This document shows positions 43,484-54,956 of a stretch of DNA of 64,000 bases, in pieces. Source of the DNA: Syntrophales bacterium (GTDB lineage: Bacteria; Desulfobacterota; Syntrophia; Syntrophales; UBA2210); assembly GCA_963662405.2 (NCBI GenBank), contig CAXXKT010000001.1, forward strand, positions 512,001 to 576,000. Direction: 5' to 3'. Position 1 is the first letter of the stretch. The number at the start of each line of letters is the position of its first letter. The translations under genes and the position numbers were made by a program. The notes under the pieces were generated by a model. That model did no database searches, was not told the DNA's origin, and worked only from the letters and a program-made list of their open reading frames with translations.

Positions 43484-45073
43484 TCACCCGGGCCTCCTCG
43501 CCTGGTGGACGGTAAAGGTCTCCCCCGCGATGATCATTGTGCCCGTACGAGCGCTTGTGCACGTATTCGTTGTAACGGTATAATCGACGGCCCCGTTTCC
43601 GCTTCCGCTGCTTCCCCGTGTAATCACGATCCAGTCGCTATTGCTTTCGCTGCTCGCGGCCGTCCATGCACAGCCGCTCGGAGCGAAGACCTCCACAGTG
43701 CCTGTCCCGTAGCCGTATTCGAAATTAGCGACCTTCGGCTCGATATCATAGGTGCAGCCAACCGGTCCGGCAAGGGCGGGGAGGGCGTCCAGCATCATAT
43801 CATCGAAGGAGGCGTTGACCTGAAGCGCGGCCAGAGCCCGGTCCGATACGTAGCCGATATAGGTGGCCCCGGTAATATCTCCCGCAAAGAGATCCACCGG
43901 TGCCCCGGAGCGCTTCGCATACGCGCCCAGTGCAACCACTTCCGTCGCGATCACGTCACCCGTGTCATTGTACGCCGTCAGGGTCACCGTCGCCGCAGCA
44001 TCCTCCGTGTTCGCAAAGGCAATCTCCGTCGTACCGTCCCGCTCCAGCTTGGAGAAAACACCCGCCGTCCCGGTGATGCCGACGCAGCTGCAGCCGGCCA
44101 GACGGTTCGTACCCTGCGCCAGAAGTTCGAGACCCGTGATCTCGGCCGTCGACTCTATCTTCAGCCAGGCCGTCGTCTCATCCACGAGTTGTGATACCAG
44201 CCCGATATAGTGCGCACCCCCGGCAATCTCCTCTTCCGCCTGGGGAAGGGCCACACCCGCCGCCGTATACGGAGAAATGGTGAGGTCACATTTCGTCTCC
44301 GACGGATTGTAGGCCACAATACCCGTCCCCCAGTCGCCCGCGTTCCGGGTATGCGGATAGTACATGGTCGTGGCGGTCCTGTCCTTCAGCAGGATACCGC
44401 TCATCTGGTACCCCACACCGTTGGTGAAGATCTCCAGTCCGATCACCCCGTCCGCATCACGGATCACGGCCGAATTGATCCCCGGCTGGTACTGACCGCC
44501 AAAGAGGGACCTGACCAGCACCGCCGTGTGCTCATGGGCCGCCAGATCCACATCACGGGTCTGCCCGTTGTCGAACTCGATCGTCACGGTCTTGGCCGAC
44601 GCGGTCGTATTGAGAAGGCTGATCCCGGTTCCCCACCCCTTGGCTTCATCGGACGCAATATGGGTGACGTAGATGTCTCCGGCGTTGATCTCGGATACGG
44701 CGGGAATCGCAACGCGATAGTACCCCTCCCGGTAGAACTTCGTGTACCCCACAATGGTATCCGAATTCGACTCGAAGACGATGTAGCCGATATTTGCCGA
44801 ATCGGTAAAATCGTCACACACGGAAATCTCCCACCGGCCGTGGGGAGGGAGGGTGACATCGTCGATCTCGGAGACCAGCACCCCCGCGTCGCTGTACGCG
44901 CGGAAGACACCGTCCACGGTACCGATTTCGCTCCGATTGATCGCGCAGATCTCCGTCCCCCACACGGTCGTGCACGCGACATGGGGATAGTAGAGGGAAT
45001 GGGCATGGGCGGGAACGCTACAAAGAAACACTCCGGCTAATGCCAACACAGTTAAGACGATTTTGGTTTTCAT
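43484..45073 (-). CDS. Secreted protein with four tandem surface modules and a C-terminal BACON-like domain
   Basis: Signal peptide MKTKIVL...AHA with AAGGAG RBS; C-terminal CAWTA.S...WI.I..GSSGSGNG.V.YTV..N....RTGT..IAG.TFTV.Q. Confidence 0.8.
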   Translation of the reverse strand: MKTKIVLTVLALAGVFLCSVPAHAHSLYYPHVACTTVWGTEICAINRSEIGTVDGVFRAYSDAGVLVSEIDDVTLPPHGRWEISVCDDFTDSANIGYIVFESNSDTIVGYTKFYREGYYRVAIPAVSEINAGDIYVTHIASDEAKGWGTGISLLNTTASAKTVTIEFDNGQTRDVDLAAHEHTAVLVRSLFGGQYQPGINSAVIRDADGVIGLEIFTNGVGYQMSGILLKDRTATTMYYPHTRNAGDWGTGIVAYNPSETKCDLTISPYTAAGVALPQAEEEIAGGAHYIGLVSQLVDETTAWLKIESTAEITGLELLAQGTNRLAGCSCVGITGTAGVFSKLERDGTTEIAFANTEDAAATVTLTAYNDTGDVIATEVVALGAYAKRSGAPVDLFAGDITGATYIGYVSDRALAALQVNASFDDMMLDALPALAGPVGCTYDIEPKVANFEYGYGTGTVEVFAPSGCAWTAASSESNSDWIVITRGSSGSGNGAVDYTVTTNTCTSARTGTMIIAGETFTVHQARRPG

Positions 45074-46553
45074 GATAAACGCTCCTTGGTGAATCAAAGG
45101 TGATATAGAGAGATAGTCATAGGTTAACGTGGCATTTATAACATGCGTTATCTGATATTCTCAATGATATACACGGAAAAAACGCCGCTTTCTGGCCCCC
45201 TGCGGACTCGCGCATCAGGATTCCTTGCCATATCTGTACGGGACCACAGACGGACCGTGCTCTGACCCACCGGCAGGCTTCTCCTCGCCGTGGTGACGGA
45301 TCACAATGGCATTCGATGGATCACAGCCCCGGCAGCGCATCCAGCATCATGTTATCCGACGCGGCATTGACCTGAAGCGCGGCCAGGGCCCGGTCCGATA
45401 CGTAGCCGATATAGGTGGCCCCGGTAATATCTCCCGCAAAGATATCGACCGGTGCCCCGGAGCGCTTCGCATACGCACCCAGATCGATCTCTTCCGTGGC
45501 GATTACGTCACCGGCATCGTTGTACGCCGTCAGGGTCACCGTCGCCGCAGCGCCCTCTGTGTTCGCAAAGGCAATCTCCGTCGTACCGTCCCGCTCCAGC
45601 TTGGAGAAAACACCCGCCGTCCCGGTGATGCCGACGCAGCTGCAGCCGGCCAGACGGTTCGTACCCTGCGCCAGAAGTTCGAGACCCGTGATCTCGGCCG
45701 TCGACTCTATCTTCAGCCAGGCCGTCTCCGGAGAGACGAGGGCCGATACCAAACCAATATAGTGCGCCCCACCGGTAATCTCCACGTCATCATCTGGCGG
45801 GGGAAGGGCCACACCCGCCGCCGTATACGGAGAAATGGTGAGGTCACATGTCGTCTCCGACGGATTGTAGGCCACAATACCCGTCCCCCAGTCGCCCCCG
45901 TTCCGGGTATGCGGATAGTACATGGTCGTGGCGGTCCTGTCCTTCAGCAGGATACCGCTCATCTGGTACCCCACACCGTTGGTGAAGATCTCCAGTCCGA
46001 TCACCCCGTCCGCATCACGGATCACGGCCGAGTTGATCCCCGGCTGGTACTGACCGCCAAAGAGGGACCTGACCAGGACCGCCTTGTGCTCATGGGCCGC
46101 CAGATCCACATCACGGGTCTGCCCGTTGTCGAACTCGATCGTCACGGTCTTGGCCGACGCGGTCGTATTGAGAAGACTGATCCCGGTCCCCCACCCTCTG
46201 GCTTCATCGGACGCAATATGGGTGACGTAGATGTCTCCGGCGTTGATCTCGGATACGGCGGGAATCGCAGCTCGATAGTACCCCTCCCGGTAGAACTTCG
46301 TGTACCCCACCACGTCCTCGCTATCGGACTCGAAGACGATGTAGCCGATCTCCTCCGAATCGCTAAAATCGTCACACACGGCGATCTCCCTCCGGCCGTG
46401 GGGGGCAAGGGCGACATCGTCGATCTCGGAGACCAGCACCCCCGCGTCGCTGTACCCACGGAAGACACCATTGACTGTCTCGGTTGCGCTGGTGTTGATC
46501 GCGCAGATCTCCGTCCCCCAGACCCCTGTACATGCAATGTGGGGATAGTAGAG
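43788..46553. repeat. About 1.2-kb near-identical direct duplication (about 43788-44995 and 45340-46553) encoding the four-module block
   Basis: Long identical stretches, e.g. GGTATGCGGATAGTACATGGTCGTGGCGG... near 44348 and 45906; protein blocks are nearly identical. Confidence 0.9.
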
Positions 46554-49292
46554 CGTTGCTTCCGCGCCCTCCCCCGCCATCCCCCCGCTCACCACCAGGG
46601 CGAAGGGCTGCGGCCCCTGGGGCACGCTGTACCCGCTCACCCGGATGGTGTATGCCCCCGTTGCCGGGGTCGCCAGGGTCAGACCGACGACGTTGTTCGT
46701 CCGGTCGAAGGACGAATCATACTGGACATCGGCCCGTATCGCCGCGGTATATGAGTCGACCTCCCATACGGAGTCGTTGTGCGAGTAGCTCCTCCCCGTG
46801 GGGTTGCCATTCTGATTGAGATAGATGCCCTGGGTTACGTCATCCTCTTCTACTGCGACATAGAAATCACCGCTCGCCACGGTCACCCCCGTGATGGCCG
46901 TGGTGTTCCACCCCGACGGGACGGAGGCCATGGTCGTCCGGAAGAGTTCCGTCCCGGGGAGCCCCCCCGTCCCGTCGTCGTCATAGACAACGATGTCGAC
47001 CGCCGAAGGACTGGAAGAGGGATTATAGAAACGGAACACGGCCGCCGTCACCTGGGCGGGGTACGACTCGGGGGTAAAACGCACCGCCCAGCTCGACTCA
47101 GATCCATAATACCCGAAGCTGCCGCTTTCGTAGGCGATGGTGTCGTCCAGCGTAACCCCATCCGGGTAATGGACCGTCGCCGCCGGGTCCGTCACCCGGA
47201 GGTCCAGGTCATTGACCAGTCCCCCGTCGGCCGCGGGGGAGCCGGGGTAATCCGTCCAGACCAGGTTCACCTTGAACGGATATCCGGCATCCGAGACGGT
47301 GACCGGATATTCGGTATACTCCCCGGTCTCCAGCCCCCCCTGTTCATCATAGTACAGGATATGAAACGGGGGGACCGGAAAGACCCCCCCCCGCGAGATT
47401 CAGCCTCCCCCACCCCTCGACGTTGTTCGGGACGGGGGAGTCGGGGATCTCCTGGGCCGAACCGGTCCCGTACTGACCGGGGGAGATGTCCTCGGCGCTG
47501 TTCAGGAGGGCGGCCTTGATCAGGGCCGCCGAGGGCGGGGAAAACCCCTTCTCCTCCATCAGGTACTCCCGCATCAGGGCGGCCGCCCCCGCCGCCAGGG
47601 GGGTGGCCATGCTGGTCCCCCCGTTGTACAGGTAATAGCTGTTATACGCCCCCCACCCCGGCCTCCCGAAGTTGTCGGGAAAGGTTGCAACCGACGAGCG
47701 GGTGGAGAGGATCCACGTCCCCGGGGCCACGATATCGGGCTTGTACCTGCCGTCGAGACAGGGGCCGCGCGCGCTGAAGGCGACCATGCCACCGGGATCA
47801 TCGGCGAGACGGTCGGACGCGATGGGCTCGGCGGGATAGTCGTCAGGCCAGCTCGTCCCCCAGGTGGAGGAAAAGGAGGACCGGTCCCCCCTCCGACGCC
47901 CCCACGGTGAGACAGTTCTTCGCCGTCGCGGGGGAGCCGATACTGGAAAGATCGACCACGCCGTCTCCGTCCGCATCGGCCCCGTCGTTCCCCGCCGAAA
48001 AGAGGATCAGGAAATCCTTGTGGTCCCACATATACTCGTCGACGGTCTGCGAATCCGAATCATACCGGCCGTATGCCACGCTCCCCCAGCTGTTGGTGTG
48101 CAGGTCGGCCCCCGCCCCCTGCGCCTCGGCGAAGAGGGGGGGTGAGAACCCATGGAATGCCCTCCAATTTCTTCGAGGTGTTGTTCTCGACGGCCTGAAA
48201 GACGAGGCGGGCCTTGGGGGCCATCCCGGCGAAACAGGTGGCGGGGAAGCTGTCCACGGAGGGATCGCTCCCCGATTCACGGCCGTTTCCCAGGACGGAA
48301 CCGGCGACATGGGTCCCGTGTCCGGAATTGACGTCATCGGCACCGTCCCCGTACCCGACACAGTCGATAATCGTGGTCACCCGCGTCCCCCCCGAGCCGT
48401 CTTCAAAGTCGTCGTGAAGGGAGCCGGGATCGGCCGAGCCCCGATCGAGGCCCGTGTCGCAGACACCCACCGTCTGCCCCTCGCCGTAGAGGCCGTGGGT
48501 GTCACGGGGGGTCCTGACCCCCATGAGGTCCGTCGATCTGTCGTTGTGGAGCCTCCGCTCGGGCCACGGCTCGACCCACCGGACCCCGGTGATGCCGGGG
48601 AGATCTCCCACCCGGTCTCTCGGAACCGTCACCTTCAGGGAGGTCCGCCATTGTGTGGACATCTCTTCCGTAACGGTGCCACCCAGCGCGGTAATCTCCG
48701 AGCTGATCCGGTCAAGGTCCTCACCGGGGAAGACCGAGGCACGGAGGACCACGGAGGCATCTCCGTCCCCCCGTGAAGACACCGTGCGCGCCCTATCCAG
48801 ACAACGGCGATCGATCCGGTACGAGGGCTGGAAGATCCCCACCCAGCGGACGTGCGGGAGGGCGCGGACAGCCTCTTCCTTTCCCGGATCCAGACGCACG
48901 ATAAAGGCGTACCGGGGAATGTAATCGAAGATATCACCCGCTTCACTGAGCCCTTCCTTCCAGGCGGCCTGCACGGGACCGTCGAACTGGACAATGTAGT
49001 ACCCGGTCTCTCCCTCCCCGTACGACTCGATCTTCCTGACGGTCTCCTCCTGCGGCGGGCTCTCACCGAGCGGGTCGAAGGGGGTACGCCCCAGTCGCAG
49101 CTCAAAAGGTTTATGATTCTTTACCTGATTTCGGACCGATTCCTGGGGAGTCTTCGCGGCGGCTATCGTCTCATCTATCGCCATGATCCGTTCGATCTCC
49201 CCCGCACGGGAGGGAACGACAGGGCAGCAAAGGGCAAAAAAGAGGGCCGGGAAAAGGCACCGGCCCATCACTCTGATTGCCTTTCGTTTCAT
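45321..49292 (-). pseudogene. Secreted S8 subtilisin-like protease with C-terminal beta domains and four surface modules; interrupted by three +1 homopolymer frameshifts (real or sequencing error)
   Basis: Catalytic triad VCDTG / GHGTHVAG / GTSMATP and FSAGN are spread over ORFs 48060-49370, 47843-48361, 47347-47976 and 45321-47270. Removing one base from each of the runs at 48136-48142, 47886-47891 and 47384-47392 gives a single 1322-aa ORF. Confidence 0.85.
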
Positions 49293-49379
49293 GAAATTCG
49301 TTGCCTTCCGTATCGTCTTATACCGGTCTTCAGTGTCTAGCAGGTGGAGAAACGCCCATGGGAAACGCACTCCACGCCG

Positions 49380-49940
49380 TCAATCAACAGGGTTTGTACG
49401 CTCCCCGTCCTCGCGCCATTCTCCCGGATCACCGGCAAGCGGTTGGGACAGTGCGACTGGCCCCGTGTAATAAGGCCAATCCCAGCTGGCGGGCCACCCG
49501 AAGAAGGTCTGAAAGCCGAATCCGCCCGTCGAGTTGGCGAAAAACTGAGTGACCGTGAATCGGCCCAACGTCGAATAGATGTAAAAACGGACAGGAGGTG
49601 TATATTCCGGCGCAAGCGCGGAGACCTCCTTTCCCGATGCCGTCACGTATGGAGGAAGATTGAACAGGTCATCAAGCATCCCCGTCCACCCGCCGTGATG
49701 ATCAGCCAGATCCAGGGTCACGCTTTTGACAAGTCCATCTATATCGTACAGGTCTATAACAAATTCTTCCGCCGTGGAGAAGGTCCCTACAATATGGAAT
49801 CCCGTGTTCCAGCCACCGGTATTGGTATTATAGGGGATAAAAGAGCGATACTCCCACGCCCCCGCTTCTTGCGGGGTCAAGGCACCTCCCATGATCAGGC
49901 CGATCACGATGAGAGAGGCGATAATGATCCGTGTTTTCAT
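49380..49940 (-). CDS. Small secreted protein with a single surface module
   Basis: AAGGAGG RBS, signal peptide MKTRIIIASL...AGA, then FIPYNTNTGGWNTGFHIV. Confidence 0.75.
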   Translation of the reverse strand: MKTRIIIASLIVIGLIMGGALTPQEAGAWEYRSFIPYNTNTGGWNTGFHIVGTFSTAEEFVIDLYDIDGLVKSVTLDLADHHGGWTGMLDDLFNLPPYVTASGKEVSALAPEYTPPVRFYIYSTLGRFTVTQFFANSTGGFGFQTFFGWPASWDWPYYTGPVALSQPLAGDPGEWREDGERTNPVD

Positions 49941-50129
49941 GACACCCTCCTTTGTTGCTGCCGCCCGATCCGCTCCCCGTGATTTCGGGATCGTATCAAA
50001 GCGGAGATTTCCGTTCGTTGACCACTTCTCCGTTCCCATAGACGTGGCATTGATTATAAACCAGCTCTCGCCGCAGTGTCAACCCATTCGGCCCCGCCGG
50101 GGACGGCGGCTCCCCTCCGTGACTGACTG

Positions 50130-50771
50130 TTATTTGACCGCAACCAGGGTGACCCGGTCCTTCGGCTTGCCGGGTTCGGCGGGAAGCATACAGCGATAGG
50201 CGGATGAAAAACCGATCCTGCCCAGTATCTCCATGATCGACTGTTCCGTGAGCCAGAAGCTGTAGTCATTGTCGATGGAGGCCCTGACGCTGGCCTCCTT
50301 TTTTTCCGGGGAGGAACCGCGCCGGTGTTCCCGGAACAGATGCCCCCGCACCGTCAGTCCGTTCCACTCCCTGGTCTTCCGGGGCCTGAGCGACACATGG
50401 GTATCGATAATCAGAAGCCGCCCGCACATCCGGCCGATCCGTTCGAGGACGGCGACCGCATCGGGGAAATCAAGGTGATACAGGATACCGAGAAAGTAAA
50501 TGACCTCCCACCGCCCGTGGCTCGCCACCGACATGTCTCTCACATCGATCTGTTCGAAGGTACAGTGGAGTCCTTCCTCCTTCGCCCGGCTCCTGCCCAG
50601 ATCCATCCGTTCGGAGCGGGCATCCGTCGCATGGATGCGCGCCGCAGGGAAACGCCGGGCGGCCTCCAGGGCGTAGAGCCCCTGGCCGCACGCCAGATCC
50701 AGGATGGAACTGCACGACGACAGATCACGGGTAATCTGCATTATCCGGGTAATCTTCTCGTGGATCTGCAT
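50130..50771 (-). CDS. Class I SAM-dependent methyltransferase
   Basis: ILDLACGQG, FLGILYHL, IIDTH. Confidence 0.88.
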   Translation of the reverse strand: MQIHEKITRIMQITRDLSSCSSILDLACGQGLYALEAARRFPAARIHATDARSERMDLGRSRAKEEGLHCTFEQIDVRDMSVASHGRWEVIYFLGILYHLDFPDAVAVLERIGRMCGRLLIIDTHVSLRPRKTREWNGLTVRGHLFREHRRGSSPEKKEASVRASIDNDYSFWLTEQSIMEILGRIGFSSAYRCMLPAEPGKPKDRVTLVAVK

Positions 50772-50810
50772 CTTCTTTCCCCTTCCTCACGGCCGTACCG
50801 GTCTCGTCAA

Positions 50811-52484
50811 TCACCGAAGGCGAAACACCTTTACGAAATTATCCTGATACAGCAATGTGCCACCCGCGGGCGAGAATCGTTCCAGCATCTCGTCACCACC
50901 GAACAACGTATCAACCAGGGGCTTCTTCATTAAATACGCTGCAGCCTCAAGCTGAGACCACGCGTACGGGTCTGATCGGGCTGCCTCCAGCCACTGTAAC
51001 AGCTCTCGCTTGATATTATAATGATGGATCCAGTACACCGGCCGAGTTGCCGGATCCGCCCCATCGGGACGAAACACCGTTGTGAATCTGAAGTTGTCGT
51101 TTTCTTCAAATATCCGCTGGGCAAAGCCGGGAGATATCCCGGCTGTTGTGATGGCATGACCATGGACGGAACTGTATCGGCCGTAGAGAGGGAAGGTGTA
51201 AATTCTTGGGGATTCGACAATATCGCCCTTTGCGCCCAGTTGTTTGACGAGTTCTGCATAGACGGTCCGTACCGGGACGCGACCGGGGGGTAGTGTTGTC
51301 CGATTCAGCATCATCACCATCGGGTGAACCGGATACGTGTCCGCCCGTGACATACAATAGTTCCCCGTGTCCACATGGTAATAGCCGTATCCCCCCAGAA
51401 GGACAAACACAACAAGCCACCCGGCCGTGCCGCAGGGCTTCGCCAACCGGGCGACACCGGCGCTCCAGAACACGATCAACAGGGGGAACAGATGGATCCA
51501 GTAGCGCAGCCAGACCCACGGGATATGGTCCAACCGCGGGTTCGCCACGTGAATCGTGAGGATCTGGACGGCCACGGCCATCGCCACGATCATCACCTGT
51601 CGCGGCCAGCGAGGGAAACAGGCGATGAGTCCGCTCAACGCGATCAACAACCATGCCCATACCGGCACAAAGACCGGCAGCGCATGAACCAGGAGCAAGC
51701 CGTTCCTGGCCGTCTGCATATCCGCTTTGCCCAGGGCCAACTTATGGGTCATGCCGTCAAGAAATGACGGGAGGGCAGGTCCCGAAGTTATCGCGACAAA
51801 GCCAGCGCCGATTACGGTGGCGAGTATATAGTTCCGACCCCACCGTTTATTTCCGTCAGTGGAGCCGGCGCACAGGACGAGAGGGGAAAGCCACAAGACG
51901 GCGACACTGGGAAAAACAACCGGCTGAAAATAAATTGCCAGCGCCAGTATCCCGGATGCGACGGTTAACGGTATCAGCCGTCGGCCGTTGTCTCTGTCCA
52001 TCAGGATAAAACCGGACCACGTAATGAGCAACATGATAACGGCATAGGGCCTCGCCTCCCGTGCGATGTACACAACATAGGGAGACACGGCGAAAAACCC
52101 GGTGACCAGCGAAGCAACCGCGGAACCGGCGTATTTCCGCCCATACCAGAAGACCACACAGAGGAGGAGTGTTCCCGCCAGAACGGCTGGCAATCGCAGT
52201 GTCAATTCGGTAAGACCCGTGGTTTCAAGCAATAATTTATTATACAGGGTATAGGGAATACAGGCGTCACTTGCCGTAAAATGAGTGGCGTTCCATAAGA
52301 AGGATTTTTCAGAGGCGAACCGAAGGGTGTGGAGTTCATCGGCAAAGATCTGGACCGACCCGATACACCGGAATCTCAGCCATATCCCAATCGCAAAGGC
52401 AACCCCTGTGCAGATAGACACTACTCCGGCAATCGCCAAACGGGACAGTCCATGATTACAATGCTTTTGATATAATGCGCGCAT
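50811..52484 (-). CDS. GT-C fold (PMT/GT39-like) membrane glycosyltransferase
   Basis: First TM followed by a DE motif (IFADE), E..LRLP.VLAG, SPY.VY.AREARPYA; multiple TMs and an extracytoplasmic C-terminal domain. Confidence 0.75.
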   Translation of the reverse strand: MRALYQKHCNHGLSRLAIAGVVSICTGVAFAIGIWLRFRCIGSVQIFADELHTLRFASEKSFLWNATHFTASDACIPYTLYNKLLLETTGLTELTLRLPAVLAGTLLLCVVFWYGRKYAGSAVASLVTGFFAVSPYVVYIAREARPYAVIMLLITWSGFILMDRDNGRRLIPLTVASGILALAIYFQPVVFPSVAVLWLSPLVLCAGSTDGNKRWGRNYILATVIGAGFVAITSGPALPSFLDGMTHKLALGKADMQTARNGLLLVHALPVFVPVWAWLLIALSGLIACFPRWPRQVMIVAMAVAVQILTIHVANPRLDHIPWVWLRYWIHLFPLLIVFWSAGVARLAKPCGTAGWLVVFVLLGGYGYYHVDTGNYCMSRADTYPVHPMVMMLNRTTLPPGRVPVRTVYAELVKQLGAKGDIVESPRIYTFPLYGRYSSVHGHAITTAGISPGFAQRIFEENDNFRFTTVFRPDGADPATRPVYWIHHYNIKRELLQWLEAARSDPYAWSQLEAAAYLMKKPLVDTLFGGDEMLERFSPAGGTLLYQDNFVKVFRLR

Positions 52485-52507
52485 CTATCTCCCCGGCGTT
52501 ACCAGCT

Positions 52508-53557
52508 TTACCGGCACGTCTCACCACCCCAACGGCGCGGTACGATATTCCGGCTCGTCAACTCCTCAGCGAGGGCCCGGGTGAAGGGGGGGGCATCACG
52601 CCGGTCCAGATGCGACCCCTCGGGACACGTAATACCCTCAATCCCCTCGATATCCCTGAAATGGATGGTGCAGGCTCCCGTCAGATCGGCGATACGATCC
52701 CAGTACTCCTTCCGGGGGTAGAAGCGTTCATCAATCTCCCAGTGTTCGCCGCTCGAAGGCAAACGGACAAAGACAACTCTTCCCCCGCGACGGGTAATCG
52801 TCTCCACAAAAGGTCTGATCTCTGCGGCATTCCCGCGCCACTCCTCAGGAGGAAGCGGAGGCTCCTGGGAGTAGATCTCTCGGATCCGCTTGATCCGATA
52901 GGCATAATGTTTCTTGATGTTCGTCATCGTATAATCCGCGCGCCGTGATCGATCGTGCCGGGTTACCAGATAGCGAGGCTGCGGAAGTCTGCCCGTTTTA
53001 TCATATGATTCGATCAGCCGTTCCACCTTCAGATAGGGATCGATAACCACGAGGCGGTTCTGGATGGCGGAGGACACCCAGCGGTTCAGGCGCGTATTGG
53101 GGGTTGAAACCGTGTGGTAATAGGCCACATAATCTTCCTGATCCTCCCGGAACTGCCGCTGAAATCCCATAGCGGTGATGGAACAGAGAACAACACCGGA
53201 GAACTTCGTATTGTTCGCCAGATCACGCAGGGCGGCGATCGGATGCTTTCCGTTAACCGCGAGCTGAATGATCTCCCGGCAGGGAAAGACCTCACGGAGC
53301 ACATCCAGAGAAAGATCAAGCTGGATACGCGAGGCCCCGAGCAGTACGATGGCCTCCTTTCCTGCCTTCTCAACCCTCGAACGATGGACAGACCACAGCT
53401 CCGGATCGTCCACCACGGTCGGCTTATGTCCCTGCGCACGCCAGAAGATCTCCATACCTCCCAGTACCAAAGCAACCAGAAGGAATGCCGCGAGCCACAC
53501 CCGTGGCCATCGATCGGCGTAAGACTGATGATTAGAACTGGAAATAGATGAAGGCAC
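52508..53557 (-). CDS. SGNH-like (AlgJ/DltD-type) periplasmic acyltransferase partner
   Basis: N-terminal TM, LLGASR (GxS), C-terminal EGSHLD; overlaps the MBOAT gene. Confidence 0.7.
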   Translation of the reverse strand: MPSSISSSNHQSYADRWPRVWLAAFLLVALVLGGMEIFWRAQGHKPTVVDDPELWSVHRSRVEKAGKEAIVLLGASRIQLDLSLDVLREVFPCREIIQLAVNGKHPIAALRDLANNTKFSGVVLCSITAMGFQRQFREDQEDYVAYYHTVSTPNTRLNRWVSSAIQNRLVVIDPYLKVERLIESYDKTGRLPQPRYLVTRHDRSRRADYTMTNIKKHYAYRIKRIREIYSQEPPLPPEEWRGNAAEIRPFVETITRRGGRVVFVRLPSSGEHWEIDERFYPRKEYWDRIADLTGACTIHFRDIEGIEGITCPEGSHLDRRDAPPFTRALAEELTSRNIVPRRWGGETCR

Positions 53558-54956
53558 GGTCCTCTCCCGATAGTATGACGATACCGATCAACATGCCGGC
53601 CAGCGCCAGTGATCTCAGCCAGCACGGCATTGAATATGCGATTTCTTCAAGCGTGCGGTTTCGCCCGCACCACTGCAGTGCGAATAGAATGGATGCAACA
53701 CCGGCCGTCATGATGACATCCCGTGACCCCAGCATCAGTGTGGCCGGCTCACCTCCCAACCCGAACATGGCCCGTACCATCATGCAGGCCTCCGCGAGGG
53801 TATCGGCCCGGAAAAAGACCCACGCGACACAGACAAGGGCGGCGGTAAAAAGGGCCAGGACGACCTTGAGCGGCATCCTGCTCCAGACGCGGGAAGCGGG
53901 TATGATCCTCCTGAGCAGCCGCTCCCCAAGGAGATAGAGGCCATGCACCCCCCCCCACAGCACAAAGGTCCACGACGCGCCGTGCCACAGCCCTCCGATC
54001 AGCATCGTCAGCATCGTATTGACCTGCGTCCTCAGCCCGCCCCGGCGGTTGCCGCCGAGGGGTATGTACAGGTAATCGCGGAGCCACGTTGAGAGAGAAA
54101 TGTGCCACCGCCGCCAGAAGTCGGAAAAGCCGGTCGCCGCATAGGGGGCATTGAAGTTGTCGGGGAGGTGAAATCCGAGGCAGATCGCCACACCGACGGC
54201 ACAGGTTGAATATCCCGCGAAGTCACAGAATATCTGCCCGGCGAAGGCGACCGTCGCGCACCATGAACTCACCATGTCCGGCACCCCGCTCCCGTCATAG
54301 ACCGCCTCCGCCACCGGGGCGAGGAGACCGTCGGCCAGTGCCACCTTTTCAAAGAGGCCCAGGGTCACGAGGACCAGTCCCCAGGCCATGTCACGCCCCG
54401 TTACCGTCGGCTCCTTCAGGCACTGGGGGAGGAAATGGAAGGCGCGGACGATGGGACCGGCCACAAGCTGCGGGAAAAAGGCGACATAGAGGGCGTAGTC
54501 CAGGAAGGAATGCCACGGGCGGCCCGTCCCCCGGTAGATGTCGATGGTGTACGAGAGGGTCTGGAAGGTGTAAAAGGATATGCCGAGGGGAATAATCAGG
54601 TCCGGCCGCGGCGGTTGATACGCGATATGGAGCCAGTGCATCAGGATCGTGAAGTTTTCGATCAGGAATCCCGCATACTTGAAATAGCAGAGCAGCCCCA
54701 GGTTGACGGCGAGGCTGAGGAAGAGAAAAATCCTGCGGGTTCTTATGCTTTTTGATTCGTGGATGCGCCGGGCGGCGATCCAGTCCGCCACCGTGGATAT
54801 CCACAGGAGGATGACGAACGGGGGGTTCCACGCGGCATAAAAGAGGTAACTGGCAGCGAGGAGCCCCGCCTTCTTCACCCCCCACCGCAGGGGGAAACGC
54901 GTGAAGGCGATGACGACGGCAAAGAATACGATAAAGGTATACGAGTTGAACAGCAC
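53532..54956 (-). CDS. MBOAT family O-acyltransferase (AlgI/DltB-like)
   Basis: MLFNS, PLGISFYTFQ, FFPQLVAGPI, DFAGYS, FWRRWHISLSTWLRDYLYIPLGG, GLWHGA, FIYFQF. Confidence 0.95.
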   Translation of the reverse strand: MLFNSYTFIVFFAVVIAFTRFPLRWGVKKAGLLAASYLFYAAWNPPFVILLWISTVADWIAARRIHESKSIRTRRIFLFLSLAVNLGLLCYFKYAGFLIENFTILMHWLHIAYQPPRPDLIIPLGISFYTFQTLSYTIDIYRGTGRPWHSFLDYALYVAFFPQLVAGPIVRAFHFLPQCLKEPTVTGRDMAWGLVLVTLGLFEKVALADGLLAPVAEAVYDGSGVPDMVSSWCATVAFAGQIFCDFAGYSTCAVGVAICLGFHLPDNFNAPYAATGFSDFWRRWHISLSTWLRDYLYIPLGGNRRGGLRTQVNTMLTMLIGGLWHGASWTFVLWGGVHGLYLLGERLLRRIIPASRVWSRMPLKVVLALFTAALVCVAWVFFRADTLAEACMMVRAMFGLGGEPATLMLGSRDVIMTAGVASILFALQWCGRNRTLEEIAYSMPCWLRSLALAGMLIGIVILSGEDRAFIYFQF

